A DNA stretch of 53,391 bases from Actinobacteria bacterium RBG_16_68_21. Lineage in GTDB: Bacteria > Actinomycetota > Acidimicrobiia > Spongiisociales > UBA11373. Positions within the stretch are counted from its first letter, which is position 1; each line of letters begins with the position of its first letter. Under the pieces are notes generated by a model. It was not told the origin of the DNA, searched no databases, and saw only the letters and a program-made list of their open reading frames with translations. The DNA lies in NCBI GenBank assembly GCA_001767695.1, contig MELR01000023.1, positions 16,326 through 69,716 on the forward strand, in the 5' to 3' direction. Of this stretch, positions 42,065-50,382 are shown one piece after another. The translations under genes and the position numbers were made by a program.

Positions 42065-44395
42065 ATGCCCCTCCACGCCGTAATCAGCGGTGAGGCCGAG
42101 TGGCCGGACGCCGGGAAGCGTCCGGTGTGCTTCCTGGTGGATGCCTCCGGATCGCTGGAACACCGGCTGATCGAACGTTGGGTGGAGCGGCACCGTCCGC
42201 CGGAGGGGGCTTATCGGATCGTTCGCCTGCTCCCATCGCGGCGGCGCAGGTTCGGATCGCTCGAGGCGCTTCGTGCCGCCCTCGAAGGTGGCGACGACTT
42301 GCTGCTGGTCCCGGTGCGGGTCGCCTGGTCCGCGACGCCGCGGAGGGGTCGACGGATACCCCGGCTAATCGATCTGGTCACGCTGGGTGATCCGCGCGAT
42401 CCCAACCGGCTGCTTCAGGAACTGATTGTCCGCTTCCGGCCCGATTGGGTGAGGGTGATCACCGGCGAACCGGCGACTGCAGCCGCCGTCCGGTCGCGTT
42501 GGATCGACCAGCGCGTAGAGCACCCGGAGGCCCCGACCGGTTTTGCCGAGTACGTCGCCCTGCAGGCGGCGCTGACCCTCGAGGTGGCGGAGCGGCGGGT
42601 GCGGGGAAACCGCTACAAGGTGCCGCGCTTCGTCGCCGAGGATCTGCTGGTGTCGGGGTCCTACCAGGTCGCCCTGGCAGACCTCGCCCGACGCTCCGGC
42701 GACGACGTGGATGACCTCGCCCCTCGCGCCGCCGGGTATCTGAAGGAGATCGCCGCTTCTCCGAGCACCTTCGTCATCGACCTGGTCGCCGCCCTGGTCC
42801 GGGCGATCTACACGATGGGGTATGACCGGCGAATCCGCTACGACCGGGCTGCCCTCGACCGCATCGCCGCCATCGGCCAATCCCACTCCCTCGCCTTCCT
42901 CCCCAGCCACAAGTCGAACATGGATCATCTCGCCCTCACGTACGTGCTGTACGAGAACGGACTCCCCCCGAACCTCACCGCCGGGGGCATCAACATGAAC
43001 TTCTTCCCGATCGGGGCGCTGCTCCGTCGGCACGGCATCTTCTTCATCCGCCGCTCCTTCAAGGACAACGAGCCCTACAAGCTCGTGCTGAAGAGCTACA
43101 TCGACTACCTGCTCGCCAGGCGGTTTCCGCTCGAGTGGTATCTCGAAGGGGGCCGCAGCCGCAGCGGCAAGCTGCGCGAACCGCGTTACGGCATGCTCTC
43201 CTACGTCGCCGACTCGTGGCGGCGTGGATCGTGCGACGACGTGGTGTTGATCCCCACCTCGATCGCCTACGACCAGATCCAGGACGTCGGGGCGCACGCC
43301 GCCGAGCAACGCGGCGCCGCCAAGGAGAGGGAGTCATTCTCGTGGATGGTCAAGGTGATCCGCAGTCTGCGACGCCGCTACGGGAGGATCCATCTCGGCT
43401 TCGGTGAGCCGGTCCATCTCTCGGAGTTCCTCGAGCGCTACCCGCCGGGGTACGAACCCGACCCGGAGGCCTCCCATCTGGAGATCGCCAAGCTCGCCTT
43501 CGAGGTGTCGGTGCGCATCAACCGGGTGACGCCGATCACCCCCATCTCTCTGGTGACGGTGGCACTGCTCGGAGCCGATCGGGCGCTGACCGTCGGTGAG
43601 GCTCATGATGCGGTGCGCGATCTGATCTCTTTCGTCGCAGCCCGCGAGCTCCCGGTGACGGAGCATGTCGATCTCGACGACCTCGGGTGGGTGGAGACGG
43701 CCCTCGAGGCCCTGGTGGAGCACCGGGTCGTCACCCGCTTGGTTGGAGGCACCGACACCGTCTATGCGGTCGGGACCGGTCAGGAACTGGCGGCGGCGTT
43801 CTACCGGAACACCATCGTCCACTTCTTCGTCACCGGGGCGATCACCCAGGTCGCGCTCGCGGCAGCCGCGGCCTCCGCCGAGCCCTCGGAGGAATTCTGG
43901 GCGACGGTGTGGTCGTTGCGCGACCTGGTGAAGTTCGAGTTCTTCTTTGCCGAGCGGGAGGAGTTCCGCGACGAGGTCGCCGCCGAGGTGGCGCGGCACA
44001 GCCCCGATTGGGAGCAGGAGATCTCTGCGGGGATGGCCGATGACGTGCTCCGCAGGATGCGGCCCGTGTCCGCGCCGTGGGTGCTCCTGCCGATCCTCGA
44101 GGCGTATCTGGTCGTCGCCGATGCTCTGGTGACGGCGGACTTCCGCCGGGATGTGGACACCAAGGAGCTATCTGCGATCTCGCTGGCGCTCGGGGAGCAG
44201 TATCGGGCGCAGCGCCGGATCCGCAGCGCCGAGGCGGTCTCCACCGTGCTCTTCGAAGGGGCCATCCGCCTCGCCGCCAACCGCGGCCTGCTCACCGGAG
44301 GAGACGTTGCCCGGTTGCGCGAGCGTGAGGCGTTTGCCGCCGAGATCCGGGCCGCGGTGGAGATGGTCGATCGGGTGGGTCACGCCGCGCCGTGA
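42065..44395 (+). CDS. plsB: glycerol-3-phosphate 1-O-acyltransferase
   Basis: It has the HKSNMD (HxxxxD) acyltransferase motif, FIRRSF and EGGRSRSGKL blocks. Length is 776 aa. Confidence 0.85.
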   Translation: MPLHAVISGEAEWPDAGKRPVCFLVDASGSLEHRLIERWVERHRPPEGAYRIVRLLPSRRRRFGSLEALRAALEGGDDLLLVPVRVAWSATPRRGRRIPRLIDLVTLGDPRDPNRLLQELIVRFRPDWVRVITGEPATAAAVRSRWIDQRVEHPEAPTGFAEYVALQAALTLEVAERRVRGNRYKVPRFVAEDLLVSGSYQVALADLARRSGDDVDDLAPRAAGYLKEIAASPSTFVIDLVAALVRAIYTMGYDRRIRYDRAALDRIAAIGQSHSLAFLPSHKSNMDHLALTYVLYENGLPPNLTAGGINMNFFPIGALLRRHGIFFIRRSFKDNEPYKLVLKSYIDYLLARRFPLEWYLEGGRSRSGKLREPRYGMLSYVADSWRRGSCDDVVLIPTSIAYDQIQDVGAHAAEQRGAAKERESFSWMVKVIRSLRRRYGRIHLGFGEPVHLSEFLERYPPGYEPDPEASHLEIAKLAFEVSVRINRVTPITPISLVTVALLGADRALTVGEAHDAVRDLISFVAARELPVTEHVDLDDLGWVETALEALVEHRVVTRLVGGTDTVYAVGTGQELAAAFYRNTIVHFFVTGAITQVALAAAAASAEPSEEFWATVWSLRDLVKFEFFFAEREEFRDEVAAEVARHSPDWEQEISAGMADDVLRRMRPVSAPWVLLPILEAYLVVADALVTADFRRDVDTKELSAISLALGEQYRAQRRIRSAEAVSTVLFEGAIRLAANRGLLTGGDVARLREREAFAAEIRAAVEMVDRVGHAAP

Positions 44396-44405
44396 GGCCT
44401 CGGGC

Positions 44406-44433
44406 GGGTGACGAGCGACCGGTGACCCCTGAG
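44406..44433. repeat. heptamer tract GGGTGAC/GAGCGAC/CGGTGAC/CCCTGAG
   Basis: Read directly from the sequence, immediately after the plsB stop. Confidence 0.7.
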
Positions 44434-44455
44434 TTGACGGCTGCGCCGTCAACTC
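44431..44455. terminator. hairpin between convergent plsB and nfu-like genes
   Basis: GAGTTGACGG pairs with CCGTCAACTC as a 10-bp stem with a 5-nt loop. It overlaps the nfu-like stop codon, and no U-tract is present. Confidence 0.45.
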
Positions 44456-45071
44456 ACTTCTTCGCCGCCTCGTAGTACGGGTTGGTGCCGGAGGCGTGGT
44501 CGGTGACGTCGATGATCGCTCCCACCTCGGGCACCGCGGTGCGAATCGCCACCTCGATGCCCTGACCGAGGGTCACCTGGGCGAGCCCGCAGCCGACACA
44601 CCCTCCGCCGAGGCGCAGGTATACGGTGTCGCCCTCCACGGCGACCAGTTCGGCGAAGCCGCCGTGGCCGGCGATCGCCGGGTTGATCTGGGTCTCCAAG
44701 ATGGTGGCGATCTTGTCGGCCAGAGGCCCGGTGAGCTCTGCGGTCCCGGCAGCGATCTTCGGACTCGGGCTGTTGGGATTGTCGATCCCGAGCGTTCCTT
44801 CGCCGGCACGGATGGTGGCTCCCTCCAGGCGGGCAACGCTGTCGGCGCGCACCACCACCGGAAGATCGTCGAACCGTTGCAGCACATCGGTGGCGGCGGC
44901 GTCGACGACCGGGATGAAGGTGAGCTCATAGGTGAAGAGGAGGCCCTTCACCCCGGTGATGCTCACGGTGAGAGCGAGCTCTTCGGCATCGGGTTCCTGG
45001 GCGCGAATGCCGAGGATGGCCTCCACGGCCTCCGGCGTGATCGAGATGACGGAGCGGTCCTCGATGGCCAT
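44454..45071 (-). CDS. Fe-S cluster assembly protein (NfuA-like: HesB/IscA-like N-domain plus Nfu C-domain)
   Basis: The C-terminal GGGCVGCG CxxC motif lies in an Nfu-type domain. The start is ATG 45071. Confidence 0.75.
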   Translation of the reverse strand: MAIEDRSVISITPEAVEAILGIRAQEPDAEELALTVSITGVKGLLFTYELTFIPVVDAAATDVLQRFDDLPVVVRADSVARLEGATIRAGEGTLGIDNPNSPSPKIAAGTAELTGPLADKIATILETQINPAIAGHGGFAELVAVEGDTVYLRLGGGCVGCGLAQVTLGQGIEVAIRTAVPEVGAIIDVTDHASGTNPYYEAAKK

Positions 45072-45129
45072 GGCGGGGGATGGTAGACGAGGCGCGGTTT
45101 CGAGCCACGCGGGAAGTCGTGGGCAGCAA

Positions 45130-45280
45130 GCGAAAGGCGATGAGCGATGAGCGAGATCCGGCCGGCAGGCCTCTTGTGACAACTGGAAACTGGAAACCGG
45201 CAACCCTTCCGGGTGACGGGTGACGGGTGACGGGTGACGGGCGAGGGGAAACTGGAAAGTGGAAACTGGAAACTGGGATC
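45130..45280. repeat. composite heptamer array of about 21 units (GCGATGA block, TGGAAAC/CGGCAAC block, GGGTGAC x4, TGGAAAC/TGGAAAG x4)
   Basis: Read directly from the sequence. It occupies most of the divergent nfu-like / ATP-grasp spacer and ends 9 nt before the ATP-grasp ATG. Confidence 0.95.
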
Positions 45281-45288
45281 ATCCCCTC

Positions 45289-46503
45289 ATGCCCCGCATT
45301 GCCCTGGTGCTTCCCACCGGCTCCTATCGAGGCCCCGACTTCGTCGCCGCCGCCGATGAGCTGGGGGTCGACCTGCTCGTGGCCACCGACGGCACGTTCG
45401 GGATGACCTCCGGCCGGATATCCGGGGTGGTGACGGTGGATTGTGGTTCGCCGGCGGACGCGGCGGCAGCCCTGGTGGGTGCCGCCGAGTCACTACCCGT
45501 CGACGCGGTGCTGGGGGTGGACGACGGGGGCGTGATGGTTGCCGCCATCGCCGCCCGCGCCCTTGGGCTTCCCCACAACCCCGTGGAGGCAGTGGCGGCG
45601 ACCCGGGACAAGGCGGGAATGCGGTCCCTGCTCGCCGCCGCCGGTGTGCCTCAGCCTCGCTACCTGGTGGCCGGTGACGAAGAGCAGGCAGTGGCCGCCG
45701 CCGAGGAACTGGGGTTCCCGGTGGTCCTCAAACCGGTGTCTCTGTCGGCGAGTCGGGGCGTCATCCGCGCCGACGACGCGACGACGACCCGAACAGCCGT
45801 CTCTTGGATCGAATCCATCCTCGCCGAGGCGGGCTCCGATTGGCCGATCCTCGTGGAGGAGTACCTGCCGGGTGACGAGGTGGCCGTCGAGGCGCTGGCC
45901 ACGCCGTCGGGACTGGAGATTCTGGCCATCTTTGACAAACCCGACCCACTCGAAGGGCCTTTCTTCGAGGAGACGATCTACCTGACCCCGTCGCGGCACG
46001 CCCCGGAGACGGTGGCGGCCGTCGGCGAGATCGTCGCCGCCGCGGTGGCGGCGCTCGGGTTGGTGCACGGACCGGCGCATGCCGAGGTGAGGATCACCCC
46101 GCAAGGACCCAAGGTCGTGGAAGTGGCGGCGCGGTCCATCGGAGGGCTGTGCGGGCGATCGCTCCGCTTCGGAATGCTCCATCAGAGTCTCGAGGTGCTG
46201 CTGCTGCGAGCCGCCCTCGGGCTTCCCCGGCGGGGGATGGGCAGAGAGCCGGCCGCCAGTGGGGTGATGATGCTTCCCATCCCCGCCGACGGAATCTTGC
46301 GGGCAGTGCGCGGGCGCCACGCGGTGGCCGAGGTTCCGCTGGTCACGTCGTTGGAGATCACCATCCCGATCGGGCGCCGGGTCAGGCCGCTGCCCGAGGG
46401 GGATCGCTATCTCGGATTCGTGTTTGCCTCCGGCGACGACCCGGCTGACGTGGAGGCGGCGCTCCGCGAAGCGCACGGGTTGCTCGAGTTCGTCATCGAG
46501 TGA
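45289..46503 (+). CDS. ATP-grasp domain-containing protein (carboxylate-amine ligase-like)
   Basis: It has the central ATP-grasp pattern (RDKAGMRSLL...GFPVVLKP...ILVEEYLPGDEVAVE...HAEVRIT). The start is ATG 45289. Confidence 0.7.
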   Translation: MPRIALVLPTGSYRGPDFVAAADELGVDLLVATDGTFGMTSGRISGVVTVDCGSPADAAAALVGAAESLPVDAVLGVDDGGVMVAAIAARALGLPHNPVEAVAATRDKAGMRSLLAAAGVPQPRYLVAGDEEQAVAAAEELGFPVVLKPVSLSASRGVIRADDATTTRTAVSWIESILAEAGSDWPILVEEYLPGDEVAVEALATPSGLEILAIFDKPDPLEGPFFEETIYLTPSRHAPETVAAVGEIVAAAVAALGLVHGPAHAEVRITPQGPKVVEVAARSIGGLCGRSLRFGMLHQSLEVLLLRAALGLPRRGMGREPAASGVMMLPIPADGILRAVRGRHAVAEVPLVTSLEITIPIGRRVRPLPEGDRYLGFVFASGDDPADVEAALREAHGLLEFVIE

Positions 46504-46521
46504 TGAGGAGTCGAACGACGA

Positions 46522-48999
46522 CTACTCGGGCGGTTTCATCGGCGAGGCGAGTTTCCGTGCCTTGCGTCGCAACGTGGTCACGCCGGTCTTGAGAACGCCG
46601 ATCGGGCCCGATGTCTCGAACGGCGTCCGCAACAGGTCGGGGACCATCCTCAGCCATCCGAGGGCGCGCAGCGACCCGTAGAGGATGGCCCCGGTGATGC
46701 CCACGATCCCGACACCGGCGAGGAGGATCACCAACGACGGCAGCTGCAGCTCGTAGAAGGTTCGCCACGACGGGATCAGGAGCACCATGCCGAAGATCGC
46801 CGCCATGGTTCCGACGAGCACCCGGCGTCCCGGAGTGAGGGGTTGAGAGTTGATGATCAGGGCAAACAATCCCACAGTCACCAGGACGAGGGATGCGAGG
46901 GTCCGCGCCTGGATGAGCGGTGCGGACTCGATGATGGCCAACTCATACGCGAAGTAGGTCGCCGCGGCCATCAGAGCTCCGACGGGAAAAGCGAAACGCA
47001 GCACCCGGCCTACGAATCCCGGCCGCGCTCGGGCCGCGGTGGGGGCGAGGGCGAGGAAGAAGGCCGGTGCCCCGATCGTGAGGGTGCCGACCAGGGTGAG
47101 GTGGCGGGGAACGAACGGAAAGGGCGTGGCGAAGATCCCTACCAGCACGGCGAGCAAGAACGCGTAGACCGTCTTGGTGACGAACAGGTTGGCGACCCGT
47201 TCGATGTTGGCGATCACCCGTCGTCCCTCGGCGACCACCGAGGGAAGGGTGGCGAAGTTGCCGTCGAGGAGAACGATCTGGGCGACGGCCCGTGATGCCG
47301 ACGACCCAGAACCCATGGCGATGCCGATGTCGGCGTCCTTGAGGGCGAGCACGTCGTTCACGCCATCGCCGGTCATCGCCACGACATGGCCCCTCGCCTG
47401 GAGGGCGCCGACCATGGCCCGCTTCTGGTGAGGGGTGACCCGGCCGAAGACCGCTCCTTCTTCGATCACCCTGATCAGTTCCTCGCGATCCTCGGGAAGA
47501 TGACGGGCATCGACGACCTCCCCCTCGAGGCCGACTTGACGGGCGATGGCGGCCACCGTCTCGGGGTGATCCCCGGAGATCACCTTGGTGGCCACGCCCT
47601 GCTCGGCGAAGTACCGCAGCGTGTCGGCCGCCTCGGCCCGAATCCGGTCGCTCAGCACCACCAGGGCGACCGCGGACAGGTCATCCGGCAGGCCGGCGGC
47701 AGCGACCTCGCCGGCGGACCGGGCGAGGAGGACGACTCGCGCTCCTCCCGCGGCCGCCTTGGCCACCGCCCTGGCGACGCGGGTGTCCGCGGGCAGGACC
47801 ATCTCGGGGGCGCCGAGCACCCATGAACCCGTGGTGCCGAACGACGCCGCGCTCCACTTGCGCGACGACGAGAAGGGCACCGTGGACGATGCCCACCAGC
47901 CTGCCGGTGCGGCGAACCGCTCGCCGATCGCCTGCATCGTGGCATTCGGGCTGGTGTCGGCGGCGGCGATCGCCCCCAGGGCGTCGGTGACATCCACCGC
48001 ATCGGATTGAGGGGCGAGGAGGAGCACCTCCTCGACCGAAAGGCGCCCCTCGGTGAGGGTGCCGGTCTTGTCGAAGCAGACGACGTCCACCCGGGCGAGT
48101 CCCTCCACCGACGGGAGCTCCTGGACCAGCACGTTGGCGCGTCCCAGCCGAACGACGCCGACCGCGAAAGCGACCGAGGTGAGCAGGACGAGCCCCTGGG
48201 GGATCATCGCCACCATCCCCCCGACCGCCACCCGGATCGCCTCCTTGAGTTGATCGTTGGCCTGCAACTGACTGAAGATCAGCAATGCCATCGTGGGCAC
48301 CATCACCCAGCCGATGACGGCCAGGATGCGATCGATGCCCTTGCGCAGCTCCGAGTTCACCAGAGCGAACTTGCGTGCCTCTGCAGCGAGGTTGGCGGCG
48401 AACGCGTCGGTTCCGATCCGGCGAGCCTTGAACACCCCGGATCCCGAAGAGACGAACGAGCCGGAGAGCACTTCGTCGGCGTGCTCCTTGACGATCGGGT
48501 CCGCCTCGCCGGTGAGCAACGACTCGTTGATCTCGAGGCCCTCGGACACCACCACTAGTCCGTCCACGACGATTTGGTCGCCGGCTCGCACTGCGAGCAG
48601 GTCGTCCAACACCACTTCGTCGACGGGGATCTCGTAGGGACGGCCTTCGCGGATCACGGTTGCCCGGGGGGCGCTGAGCAGGGCGAGGCGGTCGAGGACC
48701 CTCTTCGCCCGCAACTCCTGGACGATCCCGATGAGTGCGTTGGTCACCAGGATGATCCCGAACAGCGCGTCCTGGATCGGGGCCACCACGAGGATCACCG
48801 CGAGCAGGGCGCCGAGCAGCATGTTGAACAGCGTGAAGACGTTGGCCCGGACGATGTCGGCGACGGAGCGGCTTGGACCGGTGGGCACCCGGTTGACCGC
48901 CCCGGCGGCGATGCGTTGCCGGACCTCGGCGTCGCTGAGGCCGGTGAGGGACGTGCGGCCGGCCGGTCCTGAGGTACTGATCACCATGCCGCCGTCCAA
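46522..48999 (-). CDS. cation-translocating P-type ATPase
   Basis: It has the DKTGTLT phosphorylation motif, TGDGVNDVLALKDADIG and TGEADP. Length is 825 aa with about ten TM helices. Confidence 0.9.
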   Translation of the reverse strand: MDGGMVISTSGPAGRTSLTGLSDAEVRQRIAAGAVNRVPTGPSRSVADIVRANVFTLFNMLLGALLAVILVVAPIQDALFGIILVTNALIGIVQELRAKRVLDRLALLSAPRATVIREGRPYEIPVDEVVLDDLLAVRAGDQIVVDGLVVVSEGLEINESLLTGEADPIVKEHADEVLSGSFVSSGSGVFKARRIGTDAFAANLAAEARKFALVNSELRKGIDRILAVIGWVMVPTMALLIFSQLQANDQLKEAIRVAVGGMVAMIPQGLVLLTSVAFAVGVVRLGRANVLVQELPSVEGLARVDVVCFDKTGTLTEGRLSVEEVLLLAPQSDAVDVTDALGAIAAADTSPNATMQAIGERFAAPAGWWASSTVPFSSSRKWSAASFGTTGSWVLGAPEMVLPADTRVARAVAKAAAGGARVVLLARSAGEVAAAGLPDDLSAVALVVLSDRIRAEAADTLRYFAEQGVATKVISGDHPETVAAIARQVGLEGEVVDARHLPEDREELIRVIEEGAVFGRVTPHQKRAMVGALQARGHVVAMTGDGVNDVLALKDADIGIAMGSGSSASRAVAQIVLLDGNFATLPSVVAEGRRVIANIERVANLFVTKTVYAFLLAVLVGIFATPFPFVPRHLTLVGTLTIGAPAFFLALAPTAARARPGFVGRVLRFAFPVGALMAAATYFAYELAIIESAPLIQARTLASLVLVTVGLFALIINSQPLTPGRRVLVGTMAAIFGMVLLIPSWRTFYELQLPSLVILLAGVGIVGITGAILYGSLRALGWLRMVPDLLRTPFETSGPIGVLKTGVTTLRRKARKLASPMKPPE

Positions 49000-49042
49000 G
49001 GGTAGTGATCGGGAGTCGGAAGACCCGGCGATGGGTGTCGGC

Positions 49043-49414
49043 TCAGGAGCCCGACATCCACTGGTTCCGCCGCTTCGAGCGGCTCCGTCCCCACTCGGTC
49101 GCTTCGAGCAGCATCGCCAACCCGAGCGCGATCACGACGATCGGCCACAGCGAGAAGGAACGGTCGATCACGTCGAGGTCGCGCAGGAGCATGAAGGCTC
49201 CGATCATCACCAACGCCAGTGGCCAGAACCAACCCCGACGGTTTCCCGCCAGCGTGCCGATCAACAGCCAGCCACCGATGGCGAGCCACACCAGAGTCCA
49301 CACCGAGATATCGGGGACTGCCCCCAATTCACGCAGCAGGAACAGGACGCCGACCGTGACCAACGCGAGGCCGAGGAATATGGGCCGGGGAGCGCGGTAT
49401 TCGGTGGCGGGCAT
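49043..49414 (-). CDS. small polytopic membrane protein (LiaF/DUF5668-like TM region)
   Basis: It has four hydrophobic helices and a basic C-terminal tail. Confidence 0.55.
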   Translation of the reverse strand: MPATEYRAPRPIFLGLALVTVGVLFLLRELGAVPDISVWTLVWLAIGGWLLIGTLAGNRRGWFWPLALVMIGAFMLLRDLDVIDRSFSLWPIVVIALGLAMLLEATEWGRSRSKRRNQWMSGS

Positions 49415-49438
49415 GCCGGTCAGGATACCGGTGGCCCG

Positions 49439-49557
49439 ATGCCAGGGACCAGTTGCCAGTTGCCAGTCTCCAGTCTCCAGTCTCCAGCAAGAAGGGTCCG
49501 AGGGCCGGTCGCTCGGGCGATGGTGTCTGGTCTCTGGCGGGTGTCGGGAGACGGGCG
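49439..49557. repeat. heptamer array; minus-strand reading TGGAGAC x3, TGGCAAC x2, then degenerate units
   Basis: The plus strand reads ATGCCAG/GGACCAG/TTGCCAG x2/TCTCCAG x3/CAAGAAG..., with 7-nt phase traceable up to the PPOX stop codon at 49565. Confidence 0.9.
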
Positions 49558-49564
49558 ACGTTCT

Positions 49565-49972
49565 TCAGTACACCCGCCAGCGGGTCGGAGTCACCCGGAT
49601 GGGAATCGAGTAGGCGGCGGCGAACTCGGGCGCGGTCGACCCCATCTGTTCGATCAGCCGCTCGTATTTGTCCAGGTATCCGGGATGATCGGCACATGAG
49701 GGCCCGGAGGCGATGCGCGCCGTTCCCTCGACACTGACCACGTCGGAGCCCTCGTTGCTGTCGAGGTTGAGCGAGACCTTCGGGTTGGCGGCGATGTTCT
49801 CGATCCGTGACGAGGACATGCTGTAGATGAGGAAGTCCCCATCGTCGATGACGAACCACACCGGCGACGACTGCGGCTGACCGTCGGCGCGTATCGTGGT
49901 CATCCAGGCGACGACGGCGTCGGCGAGGAGAGCGGTAGCCGCGGCGCCCTTCGGAGTGGATGGATCGATCAC
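49565..49972 (-). CDS. PPOX class F420-dependent oxidoreductase family protein
   Basis: WMTTIRADGQPQSSPVWFV ... KVSLNLD is the pattern of pyridoxamine-phosphate-oxidase-like FMN/F420 binding proteins. Confidence 0.7.
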   Translation of the reverse strand: MIDPSTPKGAAATALLADAVVAWMTTIRADGQPQSSPVWFVIDDGDFLIYSMSSSRIENIAANPKVSLNLDSNEGSDVVSVEGTARIASGPSCADHPGYLDKYERLIEQMGSTAPEFAAAYSIPIRVTPTRWRVY

Positions 49973-50373
49973 GCTGTCACCTCCATGAGTGTTTGCAGGC
50001 CACGGCGGAGACCGGCCGGCATGCGCACCGGTTTGCCCGCCAGGTTGGTACAGGCCGCCTCGATCGTGGCGTCGAGAACCCGCTCGTCACCTCGATCGAT
50101 CCGTTGCCGCCAGGTGCTCGCCGATGCTCCGAGGGATGCCACCCTCGAAGTGATCACCAGTTCGTCGCCGGCGGCCGCCGGGGCGATGAAACGGATGTCG
50201 ACCCGCGCGACCACTACCTGGAATCCGGCGGCGGCCAGCGCGTCCATCCCCGAGTCGATGTGCTCGAGGGCGGAGATCCGAGCGTGCTCCAGATACGACA
50301 GGTAGGTGGCGTGGTTGACGTGGTGGTAGGGATCGAGTTCGGCCCAGCGGACGTGGATGGTCGTGCGGTGCAC
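49969..50373 (-). CDS. acyl-CoA thioesterase (4HBT/YbgC family)
   Basis: VRWAELDPYHHVNHATYLSYLEHAR is a hotdog-fold motif. It has a 4-nt overlap with the PPOX gene. Confidence 0.75.
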   Translation of the reverse strand: MHRTTIHVRWAELDPYHHVNHATYLSYLEHARISALEHIDSGMDALAAAGFQVVVARVDIRFIAPAAAGDELVITSRVASLGASASTWRQRIDRGDERVLDATIEAACTNLAGKPVRMPAGLRRGLQTLMEVTA

Positions 50374-50382
50374 GCCGCGAGG

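Noticed and set aside
45130-45280. Heptamer arrays considered as CRISPR arrays or as coding repeats.
   Set aside because: The unit length is 7 nt with no spacers and no cas genes nearby. A period of 7 is not a multiple of 3, and the arrays stop at gene boundaries.
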